Positions 1 to 29,301 are shown, counted from the first letter of the stretch. The stretch: 64,000 nt of DNA from Amoebidium appalachense (GCA_963693365.1 CAVNZM010000002.1:248001-312000), one strand, 5' to 3'. A program made the numbers and translations. The notes: a model not told the origin generated them from the letters alone.

Positions 1-91
1 TCACCTTACGTGTTCACACATGTGTGAGGTGTAGGGTGTGAGGTGTAGGGGTTGCAAAGTCAAGCACATTTCGCGTAGGTGTCCATGATCT

Positions 92-124
<33 letters not shown>

Positions 125-314
125 ACTCCCAATGCTCGAGCACAAGCCTGCACGTGCACTCACGCGCACACACACATCAAACACACATCAATGTGCGCAC
201 ACACTGGCCGCCACACACAGAGGCACAACCCACAGACAGGCCACACACGCATGTACGCACGCACGGGCACACACAAATGAGCGCGCCCGCGAGCGCGCGC
301 ACACACACACACAC

Positions 315-2844
315 CTTCTTGATAGCCTCTGTGGCCTCGTTTGCATGGTAGAAGGGCAGCGCACTGAAGATATGGTGGGCCACGTGTGTGCTCGTAATGT
401 AGTGTGTCTTGTAGTCCAGGAAACCCCCCATGGTGCGATCAACAGTGCACAGCGCACCCCTCAGCCAGTTCCACTCACCCTCATCGTAGTGGGGCACATT
501 GGGGTGTGTGTGCTGCAGATACGTGATGGTCACGAGGTACCCGTTTGTCACCAGCAGGGCAGGAACATACAGCCACAGAACAAGAGAGGTGCCGAACTTC
601 TGGCAGATCTCGTAGAGGATGAACGTCCATGCCACCAGGCCAAAGTTGGACAAAACAATCTTCCACTTGTCCTGTGCGGGCCAGATGGGGGCGTTGGGGT
701 CGAAGTGGGAGATGATTTTGCCGTTTTTGGAGCCGGGGCCCGATGCGTTGATGGCCAGATAGAGCGGCCAGCCCAGGGTCCAGATGACCATGCCATTAAT
801 GAAGGTCTGCAGGTAGCTGGCCTTGGGGGAGGGTCCGCCCTTCTCGGCTGCACGTGCATGGTGGGTGTTAGGAAGAAGATGATGTGTAGTCGTACGATTG
901 TTCATGTAGAATAGAATTTGTGTGTTCACAAGTGTGCGCGGGTGTTCGTGAAGAATGTGTGTTTGTGTGTGTGTGTGTGCATGAAGGAGGTATGTAATCA
1001 TCACTGCACGAATTCGCAAGCGCAAAAATGCACCGGCGTACAAAATGTATGAAAATTCACGTGTGTTTGTGCTGAGAAACACCATGCACATGCACGGGGA
1101 CATCTCTGATGTACAACGACAAAAACTAGCATGGGACAGCTACAATCTGCAGCTTTCCATCCATGATTGCATGCATACTGTGCATATCGGCTGTGGATGT
1201 GGTCCGAGTGGCTGTGTGTGCGTTTTGAGTGTTTGCGGGCATGCGTGCCTTTGGTGGTCCGCATGGCTTGGTGCAGTTCATCAGTATCAGCGTGCACGCA
1301 CATGTCTGTAAGTGCATACCGTGTGCGCACGTGAATGAGCTATGCTAAATGTCCACTACATGTGGACATCTGTGCTAAATATGCAAGCACACCCACAGCA
1401 ATGTGTCTGTGTCACGTGTGTGTGTGCGTGTGTGAGTGAGTGTTTTGCGGATGGGGACGGATGCGCACTTTTGCCCTCGGGGTAGCGCTCGGGGATGTAG
1501 ACCTCGTCCTTGTCCATGTGGTTGGTGTAGTGGTGGTGCTTGGCATGCGACAGCTGCCATGCGTAGTAGGGCACGTACAGTGCTGTGTGCAGCACAAACC
1601 CAACAACATCATTGAGCACCTGGTTGGCTGAGAACCCACCGTGCCTGGATAAAACATCAAGTAAGAAAAGTGTTTCCCTCACCTCTCCACTATGTGTACC
1701 GAAGACCCCCTTCCTGCTCTCTATGAGAAGAAAAATCTCAACACACACCAACAAGTATCCCTGAACAATTAACATCTCCAAGCCCCTATTCTTGAACCCC
1801 CTCCACCCTCCCCCCCCCCCCCACACCCCCCTCCCTGCGGCCAAACATAATTACTCCGAACTTCTTCCGTTGACGGGGGCCGACACCACACACTCGCAAC
1901 ACCTCAGTACCTTCCCTCCCCTGCCCTGCCATGCCCTCCCTTCCCTCCCCACCCCCACACCCCCCCAATCTCCCCTTCTCCCCTGTCTTGGAGTGATTCT
2001 TACCCGCACTCGTGGGCCAGGACCCACAGGCCGGTCATAGTTGTGCCCTGGTAGAACCAGTAGACACACCACACAGCCCAACGCAGGAGGGGATAGTCGA
2101 CCAGATAGGGGTCGGCACTGAGGATGGCCACATAGCCCAGTGCCAGCTCAATAAGGTCCACCGCAAGGTGCCCAAAGCTGCGCAGCGCAGACCGCTGTGG
2201 GGAAAATATTAAGCAACGCGCTCACACCAGTCGTCCCCCCCCCCCCCCCCCCCCCCCCCCTCCTCCGGTCGACGTCCTTCCCTATTCAGGTAATAATAGA
2301 TCTTGAAACACGGACAGTCCAAGAGTATGTAGCGCACCAGTCCCCCACCCCTACCTTCCCTCCCCCCCCCCCCCCCCAACGCGACCTCCCCACCCCACCC
2401 CCTCCCGCATGCCCGCCCACCCTCACACGGAACATTCAGACCCCACGCCCCTCACAACCAAGAATCACCACGGCCTATCCATATGCGAGCATAAAAGGAT
2501 TGACGTGCAGCAGATCCTCCCGTCAATAAGCCTCAAATCGGCACATACTTTCAAGCCTTTCCAGTGACGGGCAGCAACGCTACTGTTAACTATAAACAAC
2601 TCTTCTTTGGATCCCTTTAAAGAATACAGGGTGACAAACAACACCCCGTTCTCTCACAACCCCCCCTTGTTTGCCCATGTTGCTACTCAGATGGAGTGTG
2701 AATGGGGGTCGTTGGGCAAGGGCGTACCTCGAAGCATTTTACAGGGATAGCCTCCTTCAGAGTCTTGAGCGTGATCGGGGAGTTCTCGCGAGGAATAAAC
2801 GGCGCATTGTGGTCGCGCGACCTTAAACCCCCTGCCTGCACCAT
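315..2844 (-). CDS. Delta-12/omega-6 (FAD2-type) membrane fatty acid desaturase, 3'-partial
   Basis: Exons 2844-2728, 2194-2004, 1644-1469 and 847-315 (GT-AG, phases 0/2/1/0) join in frame. Translation: MVQAGG...ITLKTLKEAIPVKCFE|RSALRSFGHLAVDL...VYWFYQGTTMTGLWVLAHECG|HGGFS...YYAWQLSHAKHHHYTNH...|...ITYLQHTHPNVPHYDEGEWNWLRGALCTVDR...THVAHHIFSALPFYHANEATEAIKK. All three His boxes are present (HECGH, HAKHH, HVAHH). The last exon was not identified and probably lies left of the window. Delta-12 versus omega-3 specificity cannot be fixed from sequence alone. Confidence 0.93.
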
Positions 2845-2900
2845 GTTGGCTGTGAGCTAAAACGAACACAGGAAATGTGTGTGTGGTTGCGTACGGTCAG

Positions 2901-2910
2901 CTTATATAGC
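2901..2910 (-). promoter_or_regulatory. Putative TATA box of the desaturase gene
   Basis: GCTATATAAG on the minus strand, about 60 bp upstream of the ATG at 2844. Several CCAAT/ATTGG boxes lie further upstream (~3090-3560). Confidence 0.5.
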
Positions 2911-4058
2911 TGCTGCTGGGTGGGCACGTGTGGTGGCGACACACTGTGACCTTTAGGCTAGCATGATATATATTATGGACAAAAAACTTTAAAACTTAAA
3001 AAAATAACAGTTTTGCTAGGATAGATCAATCAGACTGGTACATTACATTTGCTTTTAGCCGCCTGAACTGAAATTAATCAGAAACTCGTAGCCAATCAAG
3101 ATTTATGTAGATTTTCCGTGGAACGCGTAGAAGAAAATTGGAGTCCATGTGGGAGCCTTCACGGAGCGACAATTTCCACACGGATAAATGAGCAATAGTA
3201 AGATAAAAATCAATAAGGGCATACATCAAAAGTAATAAATGCTCCATCTGTGCAATGAACCATCATTATAGCAATTAGCTGCAACGCAACATGGAAGGCA
3301 CTCCGTGATCCAGACATATGACCCTCATTCCATCTTGCCCACCTCTTGAACTCACGACCAATCGATCACTTTGACCAATGCTGATTGGTTTAGCCTCAAG
3401 CTGGCTAGCGTTGGCAGTGGAACGGTTCCGATTGGCTCATCATCCCACGCATGAGGAGCAACGGGCAGCTTGAGGGGGTGACACACTTTTCATTGCGTGG
3501 ACACTGCCAGGGGCCCAGCCACACACTCGACGGCCTACTGCGTTTTCCAGCGCAGCCAATCAAATGCAGCTAGTTCTCTTTGTGTACCTCGAGTAAACAG
3601 CGTAAACCCCCCTGACATATGTACATGCTAGGCAACAATTAGCGCCATCGTGGTATACGACACCCCTATTACATATTATGGGTAAGCAAAGTAGAGGCTA
3701 GCATCGGTAGCACCGTATCACAATATCATACTGTGCAGCATTAATAAGGTGATCTAGGATAGTCATTTTAAAACGGATATATTGAGGAAGAGAGGGAGAA
3801 AAGAGAATAAAACCGCCAATATAACCTCCGGTTCTATTACGTTAGCTAACAGGTTACACTTATTGATAGATACAAGTAGGTCTGTGCGCCGGCTGTCGCC
3901 GGCGCCAAAACATAACGAGACAGTTATTGATGTTGGGTTGTGTGGTTGTTACCTCCCTCCCCCCTCCCTCCCTGGCCCCCCCGCCTCACGCTTCCCCCCC
4001 CCCCCCCCCCCCCTGGCCTCCCCGCCTCACGCTTCCACACCCCCCCTCCCCCCCCCCC

Positions 4059-4092
<34 letters not shown>

Positions 4093-4366
4093 CCTGCAGT
4101 TGCCGGATCTGCCAAATGTTATGACCCTTTCCCCTTTCATTTACCCCCCCCCTCCCCCCCACCTAGCGCGGCCTCCCCCCCATTCTCCCCCCCCCCCCCC
4201 CCCCCCCCCCCCTTTCTTGCCCCCCTCCCACGGGGGACCCTGGGCAGTGGCGGCGGGAGCACACTATGTATTCCCCCCTCCCGCCCAGCTTGAATCACCC
4301 TAGCTCTAGTGTAAATTAAACAATAATCATTATCAGCCACAAACCCTTCTAGTACGCTCGCCCTAA

Positions 4367-5385
4367 GGGCCTGTTTGGTAGCGCGCTAAATACGGTTTTT
4401 TATCGTATTCGTATTTAGGGCCTAAATACGTATACGATCCCGTGGCATGCCAAACACGCCGCGGGCTTTTATTTTTTGTAAATACGATAGGGATCGCTTT
4501 TGTATCGTATTTACGAAAATCACCTCCGGAGGTGATTTTCGTAAATACGATATAGGAAATTAGCCAATCAGAGCATTTCGCATCATTTATTGGCTATCAG
4601 CAAGCCAATGGTACAGCGCTCGTAAGCCGCGTATAGCGCCGGGCACATTTTTACTACAGTACGCATGCCGGCGCATGCACGTGAATAATTCAATGTTAGA
4701 AGGTCGGTGTCATACACGTCATTTTGTGTACATTCTCAGTTAAAATTGGCACATGAATTTGGGCTGCACAGGTAAGACAGAGGACGAGGAACCCTACGCG
4801 GTGCATGATAACAAGCTCAGACTGTATATATATGCCATAATAATCATTGAAACGATACTGGACTCCGATATATGCATTAATAAAAAACAATCAAATGTAC
4901 ATGTACAAACTCGGTGACATGCAGGCACAACGAGTATTGCTCATTATGTGTTCAGATATGTGGGGAATGCCAGGGACGAACGTTGGTGACGTAAAACGAG
5001 GTCTCTCGCAAGGCTTACACTAGCCACCGCAATAACTGGCAGCATCCCTTCAATAACAGACATTCTAACCTATTGTTAAACAGAGCAAGACTCACTGTCC
5101 GGCGGTGACTCGTTTTTGCCGTTCGTTACGTAATACTGACTACAGCTGCACCAGTCTATATGCATGGAATACCGAAGGATGATCAATGGGTGCGAATAGG
5201 GCCAATCAGATCTCGTGAACCATGTATCGACATTCAATGTGACCAGTCACGCCTGACAGCGTTTGGAAGGCACCAACCGTATTTAGGCCCTAAATACGCA
5301 TACCACGATAAATTTTGTAAATACGGTAGATCGTATTTAGGGCCTAAATACGAATACGATTATTGGGGTGCTGCCAAACAGGCCC
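4367..5385. mobile_element. Non-autonomous PIF/Harbinger (Tourist-like) DNA transposon, 1019 bp
   Basis: The TIRs are GGGCCTGTTTGGTAGCGC (4367-) and GTGCTGCCAAACAGGCCC (-5385), matching at 16/18. The 3-bp TSD TAA is at 4364-4366 and 5386-5388. Subterminal near-palindromes CGTATTTAGG(G/C)CCTAAATACG occur at both ends. No transposase ORF was seen. Confidence 0.9.
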
Positions 5386-5526
5386 TAAATGTCATATTTA
5401 CATTACTGAGTTGATTTAGTTGTGTTTTTTACTCTATTTTTTTTTCAACAACTGTCTGCCTATAGCTATTAAAACATTAAAATGTACATGTGTTTGTGTG
5501 TGTGTGTGTGTGTGTGCCACGGCCGG

Positions 5527-5579
<53 letters not shown>

Positions 5580-6273
5580 CACGGTGTGTGGATATAGAAT
5601 GTACCGTCCTCATCCCCGTGTCCCCCTAAACCCGTGCTAGCAGACCTTTGAGGTTTTTGTGATTGGATTGGTAGTTCTATTACATTAAAATTTTCAAAAT
5701 GTCGTCGTACCAATGATATAGTACTTTGTAAAAACAATGTCGCCGAATTTCTCTAAAAAAAAGTGCGTTCCATTCTGGGTTAGGAACGAAAACCGTTTTG
5801 ATACCGGAATCACCGTCATTCAGCCCAGCGTGTTCACAGTAGACTCCGAAACCGCTGGTTTTTTTCTTTTTATTTCAAAGCCCTGAGTACGTACATCCTC
5901 TCGGGCCCAACTTTAGGGCACTATATTTCAATTTTCTCAATATCAAATATATAGTTATTTTAGGCTTTTTCATTATTTTTTCAAGAATATTTAGCGATTT
6001 TGATGTCATAAAAACAACTAAGCAACGTTTCGATGGTTTTTGATGCCTCACAAAATGGCCTTACATAGGTCCCCTCCAAATTCCGGATTTGAGGTCGATC
6101 CGGCAAACAACGCAATATATAGTAGGTCTGTGCGCCGGCTGTCGCCGGCGCCAAAACATAACGAGACAGTTATTGATGTTGGGTTGTGTGGTTGTTACCT
6201 CCGAGTCCCCCCTTCCCCCGCCCGCCCCCCCCCCCCCCCCCCCCCCTCCCTCCCTAGCCCCCCCGCCTCACGT

Positions 6274-6306
<33 letters not shown>

Positions 6307-6490
6307 ACGCTCCCCCCCTCCCCCCCCCCCCCCCCCCCCCCCCCCCAAATCCTGCAGTTGCCGGATCTGCCAAATGTTATGACCCTTTTCCCTTTCATTT
6401 AACACCCCCCCCCCCCCCCCCCCCCCCCCTCCCTCTTGCCCCCCTCCCACGGGGGACCCTGGGCAGTGGCGGCGGTAGCACGCTATGTAT

Positions 6491-6534
<44 letters not shown>

Positions 6535-6544
6535 TCGAAATTGC

Positions 6545-7004
6545 AAAGTGAGGGGATGGGTATGAGCAAATGATGGTGGTAGAGAATGTATACCATTTTC
6601 CCAAAAACCTTACCAGACTTTATTAAAGAAATTAATTTATTCAGTCGAAGCTTGAAGACTCGCGCAGTGATATCAGGTCTGTCGCCTGCCATTTGTCCCT
6701 TATATAAATTAGCTGTGATCTCTGGCCAATAGGGATTGCATGTGGGAGTAATGAACAAATCTGGTTTTCCTTTACGTGAAACTATTGCATAGGCGTCATG
6801 TAACTGTTTTTCATGTAACGTGGAGAGCCAGGGAATGACGGTGGGAGTATTTTTCCAGTGCCTGCGGCCCCTCGAAATTTATCTTGGTTGCAAGCGAAAA
6901 AGAAAAGACGTTCGTCCTCAACACGTGCGAACATATCAGCCCAATACATACTCAGATCCAAGGCGACCAAGCCTTCCGAAAATTGGCTCAGTGAAAAGTC
7001 GGTA
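6545..7004 (-). pseudogene. Degenerate Helitron Rep (Helitron_like_N region) fragment
   Basis: Read across two frameshifts: YRLFTEPIFGRLGRLGSEY/ADMFARVEDERLFFFACNQDKFRG...ILPPSFPGSPRYMKNSY/DAYAIVSRKGKPDLFITPTCNPYWPEI...GQMAGDRPDITARVFKLRL...GKVFG. This matches the Helitron consensus LPSSFxGSPRYM, GKPDLFITFTCNPxWPEI and DRPDxVARVF. The EFQKRGLPH motif is apparently deleted. Confidence 0.9.
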
Positions 7005-7181
<177 letters not shown>

Positions 7182-7249
7182 GCGCACGTATCCGCCACCT
7201 GTTGTAGACGCCCGCACTAATTTTTTTCTTCAAAAAACACACGGCACAG

Positions 7250-7569
7250 GCTCTGCAGCCGTGCACAAGACTTTGAAATATGTGATAGGTTTGAGCAATT
7301 TGAAACTCATTTACCAACCACGTGCGCACCAAATCATGCAGGATGGTTTTCAAGTAAAACCACACACTGTCAAGCAAACAGCCCAACACTTCTACACACT
7401 GGGGCTGGGGCCGGAGGTGGTGGCGAGGTTGTGTGCACGTACCGCAGTTTCTCTGCCGCCGTGGATGCAATGTGTCAAGCATCTGCCCGCATTACCTGTT
7501 AACAAGATAAGGGTTCTTATCGCAGCGGGCAGACCTGATGACATCGACGAGGTGTGTTTCCGATACTGA
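7250..7569 (+). other. Possible orphan terminal exon / captured gene fragment of unknown family
   Basis: ~105 open, non-repetitive codons (HKTLKYVIGLSNLKLIYQPRAH...GRPDDIDEVCFRY*) follow a (CA)n tract and a GCACAG acceptor at 7249. AATAAA motifs follow at ~7664-7687. No upstream exon or family was recognised. Confidence 0.3.
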
Positions 7570-8680
7570 CATCCTTGTTTGTACGGTTGATAGTAGGCTC
7601 TTTAACCCCTGGGACTGCAACGCACCCAATGGCGGTGTGCATTGTAGACGTTAATAAGCCGTAAATAAAAAAAATAAAAATAAAAAAGACGTGCTGATAT
7701 GTGCGCTGTTGTTGGGACAGAATTACCAAAAACGTTACACCTGTGGTGTGCCTACTGTAAATTAATTTACCTGTGTAGGGGCACCAATGGTTGACTCAGT
7801 GAGCCCTTTCATATGTCGTGGCCGCATGCTCAAGAGCATGCCCACCACATGGACCCTCCCTACTGATTGAGGCAGAGTCTTTCGTCTTTGATCATATGGG
7901 TTTCTGTCAACCGGACTTGATGACATAACATATAATTGATTTGAGCGCTCACAAATGATCAATGCACGAGCCCTCAGTCACTGAACTGTTGAAGGAGCCA
8001 CTTGAACCAGCCAGTGTGGGGCAGAGCAGGGTTTTGGGAAGGCAAAAAAAAGGGGGGGGGGGGGGGGGCTGCTCATGGCAAGAGCATAGATAGGACTATT
8101 TTTTGGCCACAAGCTTCGAGAGTGCCTTAGCTACCTGCTGTTACGTTTACTCTGATAATGGATTTGCAACATTAAAGATGATCGTCAGTTATGTAACGCG
8201 TGGAGAAGAAGGGGAGAGAGATATTAAACGTGCTGATAAGTCTCCGAGAAGTTCTCAGAGGCTGTGGTACTACAGCCCGGGAGGGGGGGGGGGGCGGGAG
8301 AACTTCAAAAGGGGGGAGGGGGGGCATATCAAGAAAACTGTATGTACGGTGTGTGTACCATGTGTTTACACATTTTTTTCGGGTTTCATGTGCATACCGG
8401 GCGTTCATGCGCATGCAGATCTGCATGCGCAGGGCACGTATGTCAGTGTGTGTCTGTACACGTGTACATGCTCAATTGCAACGGTTTGTTCCTAATGATT
8501 AGGGAGTTCTTGAAACTTGATATGGGGGAGAGGGGGGGGGGGGGGGGAGGGGGGGGGGAGGGGGGAGGGGGGGGGGGGGACATTTTCCCCCCTCACGGGG
8601 CCCATGCCCCTGCGCTCCTGGGAGGAGGGGGATGGGGGGGGCTCGCGCGCATGCGCGCAAGAGGAGAGGGAGAGGGGAAG

Positions 8681-8728
<48 letters not shown>

Positions 8729-8730
8729 GC

Positions 8731-8780
<50 letters not shown>

Positions 8781-9412
8781 CCCCCACTCTGCTTCCCACC
8801 CCTTCCCTCTGGCCTGCCGGCAGCCGCCGGGCCCCCATCGACAAGCTACCCGACAGAGTGAAGACGAGGGACTCACCTGTCCTTCGGCTGTGGGGTACCG
8901 GTCGAGGCTCCCCCCCCCTCCCCCCCCTCCCCCCCTTCCCCCCCGCCCCGCCCCCTCCGGGGGGTTCGATTCCTCCCGCACACCCCTCTTCCCCTTCCCT
9001 CCACCCACATGTGTTCAAGGGTGTGATTAAGTTAAGCGTGTACTAAGTTGGGCCGTGAATGTGAATTTTATATTTACTGAGATCTGTGTCTCCCGGTGAC
9101 CTGCAGAGTGCTCACCAGGGTTAACGTATGTCTCCTGTGGGAGGTGTGTGTTATGCCATTGTGTGTGACAGTGTGTGCGTGCGTGTTTTGTTGGACAGCC
9201 TTGGCAGCCGGAGGGGTTGGTGCCCTTCTCCTCCCCTCCCTCCCCCCCATCTGCCCCCCCCTCCCCCCCCCTCCCCCCCCCCCCCCCCCGGGCTCCCCTC
9301 CCCCCGCCACACACACACACGCTAATATAAAATGGGGAGGGAAGAAGAAAAATTAAAAAAAAAAAAGCTTAGGGGGAACTTAAAATATTCGCTACTGCAA
9401 GGCAAAACATTG

Positions 9413-9475
<63 letters not shown>

Positions 9476-9517
9476 GGTTCGTGCGGGTGTGCGCGCACAT
9501 GCATGCTTGTGTGCTTG

Positions 9518-9569
<52 letters not shown>

Positions 9570-12569
9570 GGGGCGGGGGGGCGGCGGTGGGGGTGGGGGG
9601 AGGGAGGGAGGGATCTAGAACGCATTTTAACACAGGGTATGGCCGGGGGGGGGGGGGGGGGGGGGGGGGAGGGGGGGGGGGGATGTCACTGAGATCATTG
9701 CAGCACCGGGTACAGGACGTAAAAATCTTATATGTCATCAGCACGAAGTCCTTTGCACAATTATTATTATTCAGAAATTACTGGTGGCATAATATTCAAT
9801 CAACACACTGATTTCAGATCCACATTTATCACCTCATCACTACATCATACGGTATATGCCCAAGATTATCCAAGCCTCCCAGTAGTGTACCCTAGCACAG
9901 CACCATTATATCACTACTTCTTCATGTTTGCAATAGTTGCACATTCTTCTGCATCAGGGCTCCTGGTTCTTTGCTGAATCGCTAGGTTCCATACGTCGGC
10001 AAAGTGTTGACCTAAGACACATGCATGGATGGCGATCAATATATTCTCTCCCACCTGTGCAGTGTGTAGCTTTGAACGAAATAAATCGGGTGTTTCATCA
10101 GCTAGACTAACATGCAATTTGATGGCCTCGTGCATTACGAAATATCCCTGCTATGCAGATTCGGTTAATAACGTGGAATTTAATTCGTGGTGGTCCCCTT
10201 AGTGTGTCTATTGTTCACACACTCACATGGAGCACATCTCGGCGCGTTCTTCGTGAGATCCTCCTGTAGAGCACTGCAGTTGCACATATGCGACTGCCAT
10301 TTGTGCCGTCAGGCGGGTAAAAACATGCAGTTTTGCTACACAAGAAGTTTTTCATGCTGCAATGGGTGTCTGTCGCGGGGATATGGGTGGGCTAGGGACA
10401 AGACCGCCCATGTTTGCCCGTATGCGCAATGTAGCTATGCTGCCGTGGTGTTTCTCGTCTGGCCGTGCTGGAGTGCCCTGTGGTGGCCGAGCCACACCCC
10501 CTCCATCTTCCTTTTTGGCCTTTGCTGCTTGCATTTTGAGCGCTGCTACCCGTGTGCACTTGCGAATGGGCCTGCGTGCAGCTGCAAAGCCATCCCCACG
10601 GTACACAAACACGTGCATGCTGCTTGGTGTCGCGGGAACACTCTACCGCATATGCTATGTGTATGTCATGTATACTATGAATGAATCCCGGAGAAGAGTG
10701 CGTGATGCTACTTAGAACTGTGCGAGGCAGCAGTGGTGGCGCGTTAGAGTCCTGCATGAAAATGACGGCATGCTAAACTGGGAATGCTATTTTGTCGTGC
10801 CGAGGCAGCCGATAGGAGATTTCGTTTATGTATATGAGACCTCTGGACTATCGTAATGCATGATATGTCATGAAGCTGTTGTATAATCAATATTTGATTC
10901 GTCTAGTAATTTTGAGTGAACCATTTATGGCTCTTATCTGGATATTTGTTGCTATGATTGGCCAACAGGGTTTTTCGCGATCTTAGCGTTCACGAGCAAT
11001 GGCCATTACCCAATAGTTGAGGTGCCTGAGGCAGGGGTTGTGGGGTTTTCACTGCTCTACCCGTTTTACCTTACAGGTAATCGTTTTGTCGAAATGTTTA
11101 AATCGTATTGGCGGGGTTCGTCTCATTCACAACTCGTATAGGCCCCCTATGTTATAAAAATTGACGACTCATTTCAGTTAATTGTACACTCCCTTAGCAA
11201 TTACACACCCTAAGAGACAAAACAGGCTTCATATTCCGCTCTGGAGTGCTAAAAAAACGACCTGACCACCTTCTACCTTTGAAAACACCCATTATTGTAT
11301 GAAAAAAAAAAAATATACACTATCGTGCCCTACTTCACTGCTACGAAAAACTATTCTTTTGACTCGGTTTTATTGATCCGTTGATGAAGGCAACATGCAG
11401 CCACGAAAAACCAATACAGCATCTCACAGCGTTACTCGTTTTGACCCCCTGGGCTTAATCGTAAACACGACAATTTTGGGTCGTAATCAACCCCTGGCCC
11501 GAGACTTTTTGAGAACTTGTTGTGTCAGCACTCATGCTCAAGTTTTTCACATATCGCTCTTGATAAATGTCCAGCCAGGCCGCACAAATACATAGTGTCT
11601 CTGCCTATTTTGCATTGCTACTGTTTTGAGTAAGTGCTTTTCTATAGTCGCATTTAGGGCATGAGGTCGATGGGCAATCAAGGCGGGTCAACATGGCCTA
11701 TGAACCACACTGATGCCGATTGGCCCGTCTAAAAATAAGATCGTGCGCGCTGATTGGCGTTTTGCCCGCGCTCATTTTCAAACAGCAGAAGGCTTCTTCC
11801 GTTGTCGGCAGCCTACTCAGTGGCATCCGAATCACTGGTGAACAGTTCGCCGGAATCATTGATACGGTGTGCGCCTTCAATGGCATTGGATACGCCACAC
11901 GGTGCACAGGCTGGTCCGCCCTGAATCAGATTCGAGAGAGAATCTCATTCTTCACTTTATTACGGGCACACACCAACGTCATCCATTTACATAGTTAAGA
12001 AAAAGCGCACGCGCGTGCACGCATATGAACAGATGCACACGCAAACATGTACATACACGTGCATGCACATTGTAACATGTAGGCGTACGCTAGGCCAGCT
12101 GATACACACACGTGTACACGTCGCACATTCGGTATATGCAGGCACATGAACACACTGTGTAAATTTAATGACGCATCACGCGTTCCACATGTACACGTAC
12201 GGGGTCATGACCGCGACCTACTATATAGCTATGTGCATGTACATCATCACGAGTGTACATATGCATGCGCGTACATATTAGCATGCATGCATACGTTCCG
12301 TATCACTATTGTAATTTCACACACGTGCACACACACACACATGTGCATGCATGCAACAATGGCACAAATGTACACGTGCGCACACAAGCATATTTATAAG
12401 GCACATCACGACATTTGGCCAACGTGTACATGCATTTGTACACAGCCTTCAAGTAAACACACACATTGTCACACACACGCACACACAAGCGCGCGTGCAC
12501 ACGCATGCACACACGTGCACCTTACGCGTGGCACACGCATGCGCACGCACGTGCACGCACGAACGCACA

Positions 12570-12605
<36 letters not shown>

Positions 12606-12606
12606 C

Positions 12607-12716
<110 letters not shown>

Positions 12717-13442
12717 TCACACAGCGTCCGGCACAGACTCACAGTACACCATCGATATCCGGCCACAGATCAAGGGTATATGACGTCACCGGGGGGTTTT
12801 TCGACAAGCTCAGCTACCGATCTACGCAGGTATCTTAGATTCACCAATGGCTTTGCAGTATTTCCCCGCCACATTCCTGGTTTATTCCGTAATTTCATGC
12901 CCCGGGGACTTTGTCAGGGCTCGAAAAAGGTACACAGTCCTACAGCGAAGCTCCGAGAGAACCCAAGCTTGTTCCGAGGACAACGGCGTGTTTGTTCTGG
13001 TGTAGGAGTTCTCGTGTTTACCGTAGTGTAGGAGCTCACATAATACCTACGCCTGGAATTATCTGATACACGCATACGTGCTTTTGACGGGAACATTAGA
13101 TGGTGGTTTGTGTCCCCGCACGCGCAAGTGCTTTTCCCAGTCAGGCACCCGGTAACCACAATCACACACATCTTACGAGCGGAGAACAGGAACAGCAACT
13201 TGACATAGCGTGCACTCATCAGATTATTCTGTAAATTGTTGCGCGCCCTTATACCTTTTTCCACCAACACAACGTGTGCACACAGAAATGGTGACGGTAC
13301 GTTGGAGCATCGCCCTTTTACACTAGGGAGGGGTTTGGGGATTTACGAGCGAAGCATTCATCTCGGAACACAAAGGCTCTCTGTTCTGTTGAGAGGCAGC
13401 TGCCCTGCGCAGATGGCGACATAAGGGGAGGCTGTAAGATGA

Positions 13443-28828
<15,386 letters not shown>

Positions 28829-29260
28829 GCGGATGAGGGTTGGGGAAGTGTCAGGCACTGCTGAAGGCTTGGGGGTTTATATTTGATACTGGGGGGTTTT
28901 ATTCATTATCTCTGGGGTTTTAGCCAAAGGCCGAGTCTTTCTCTGATGTTTTTGTAGACTCTGGCAAGGCCGGCATCTTTTTCTTTTTCTCTTTCTGGAT
29001 AGGATTGGATGCGAGGGTCTCTTCGTTTTGCTTTTTTCTTCTTTTTCGTTTTCCCTTTTTCTCTCCCCCTCCCCCTCCTCCCCCTTCCCCCCCCTCCCCC
29101 CCTCCCCCCCTCCCCCCTTCTTCTTCCTTTGCAGGGAATGGGGGGAGGGGGGGGGGGGGGGGCGGCAATCCGGAACGCTCTGAATTTCAAAGTGCCCATA
29201 AAGCTAGCAGGTTTCTCTTTCTCAACTAGTTTATTGAGAAATCGAACTAATCCCTCAAGT

Positions 29261-29301
<41 letters not shown>

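Larger units (their letters stand above)
3872..7004 (-). mobile_element. Composite/tandem Helitron remnant (two 3' termini plus a Rep fragment)
   Basis: A ~410-bp direct repeat lies at 3875-~4285 and 6121-~6533. On the minus strand each copy ends in an 8-bp-stem GC hairpin (GCGCCGGC-gaca-GCCGGCGC; 3886-3905 and 6132-6151), followed by ACAGACCTACTTGT or ACAGACCTACTATA, a CTRR-like Helitron 3' end. A Helitron Rep fragment in the same orientation abuts the second copy. Confidence 0.75.

Noticed and set aside
58-147. Candidate last desaturase exon (ACARALGVFFF...EIMDTYAKCA*)
   Set aside because: It is interrupted by a ~31-nt T-run and lacks the usual LG-x-YY-x-x-D motif. It cannot be supported without cDNA.
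8958-8978. tRNA/SINE B-box GGTTCGATTCC with a T-arm-like stem
   Set aside because: Upstream is a C-run with no A-box, D-arm or anticodon arm, so no cloverleaf can be built.
11337-11351. CACTA-like terminus CACTGCTACGAAAAA
   Set aside because: No matching inverted end or TSD was found in the window.
13125-13170. P-loop-like VIVVTGCLTGKST on the minus strand
   Set aside because: The spacing does not fit GxxxxGKS/T and the surrounding ORF has no NTPase features.
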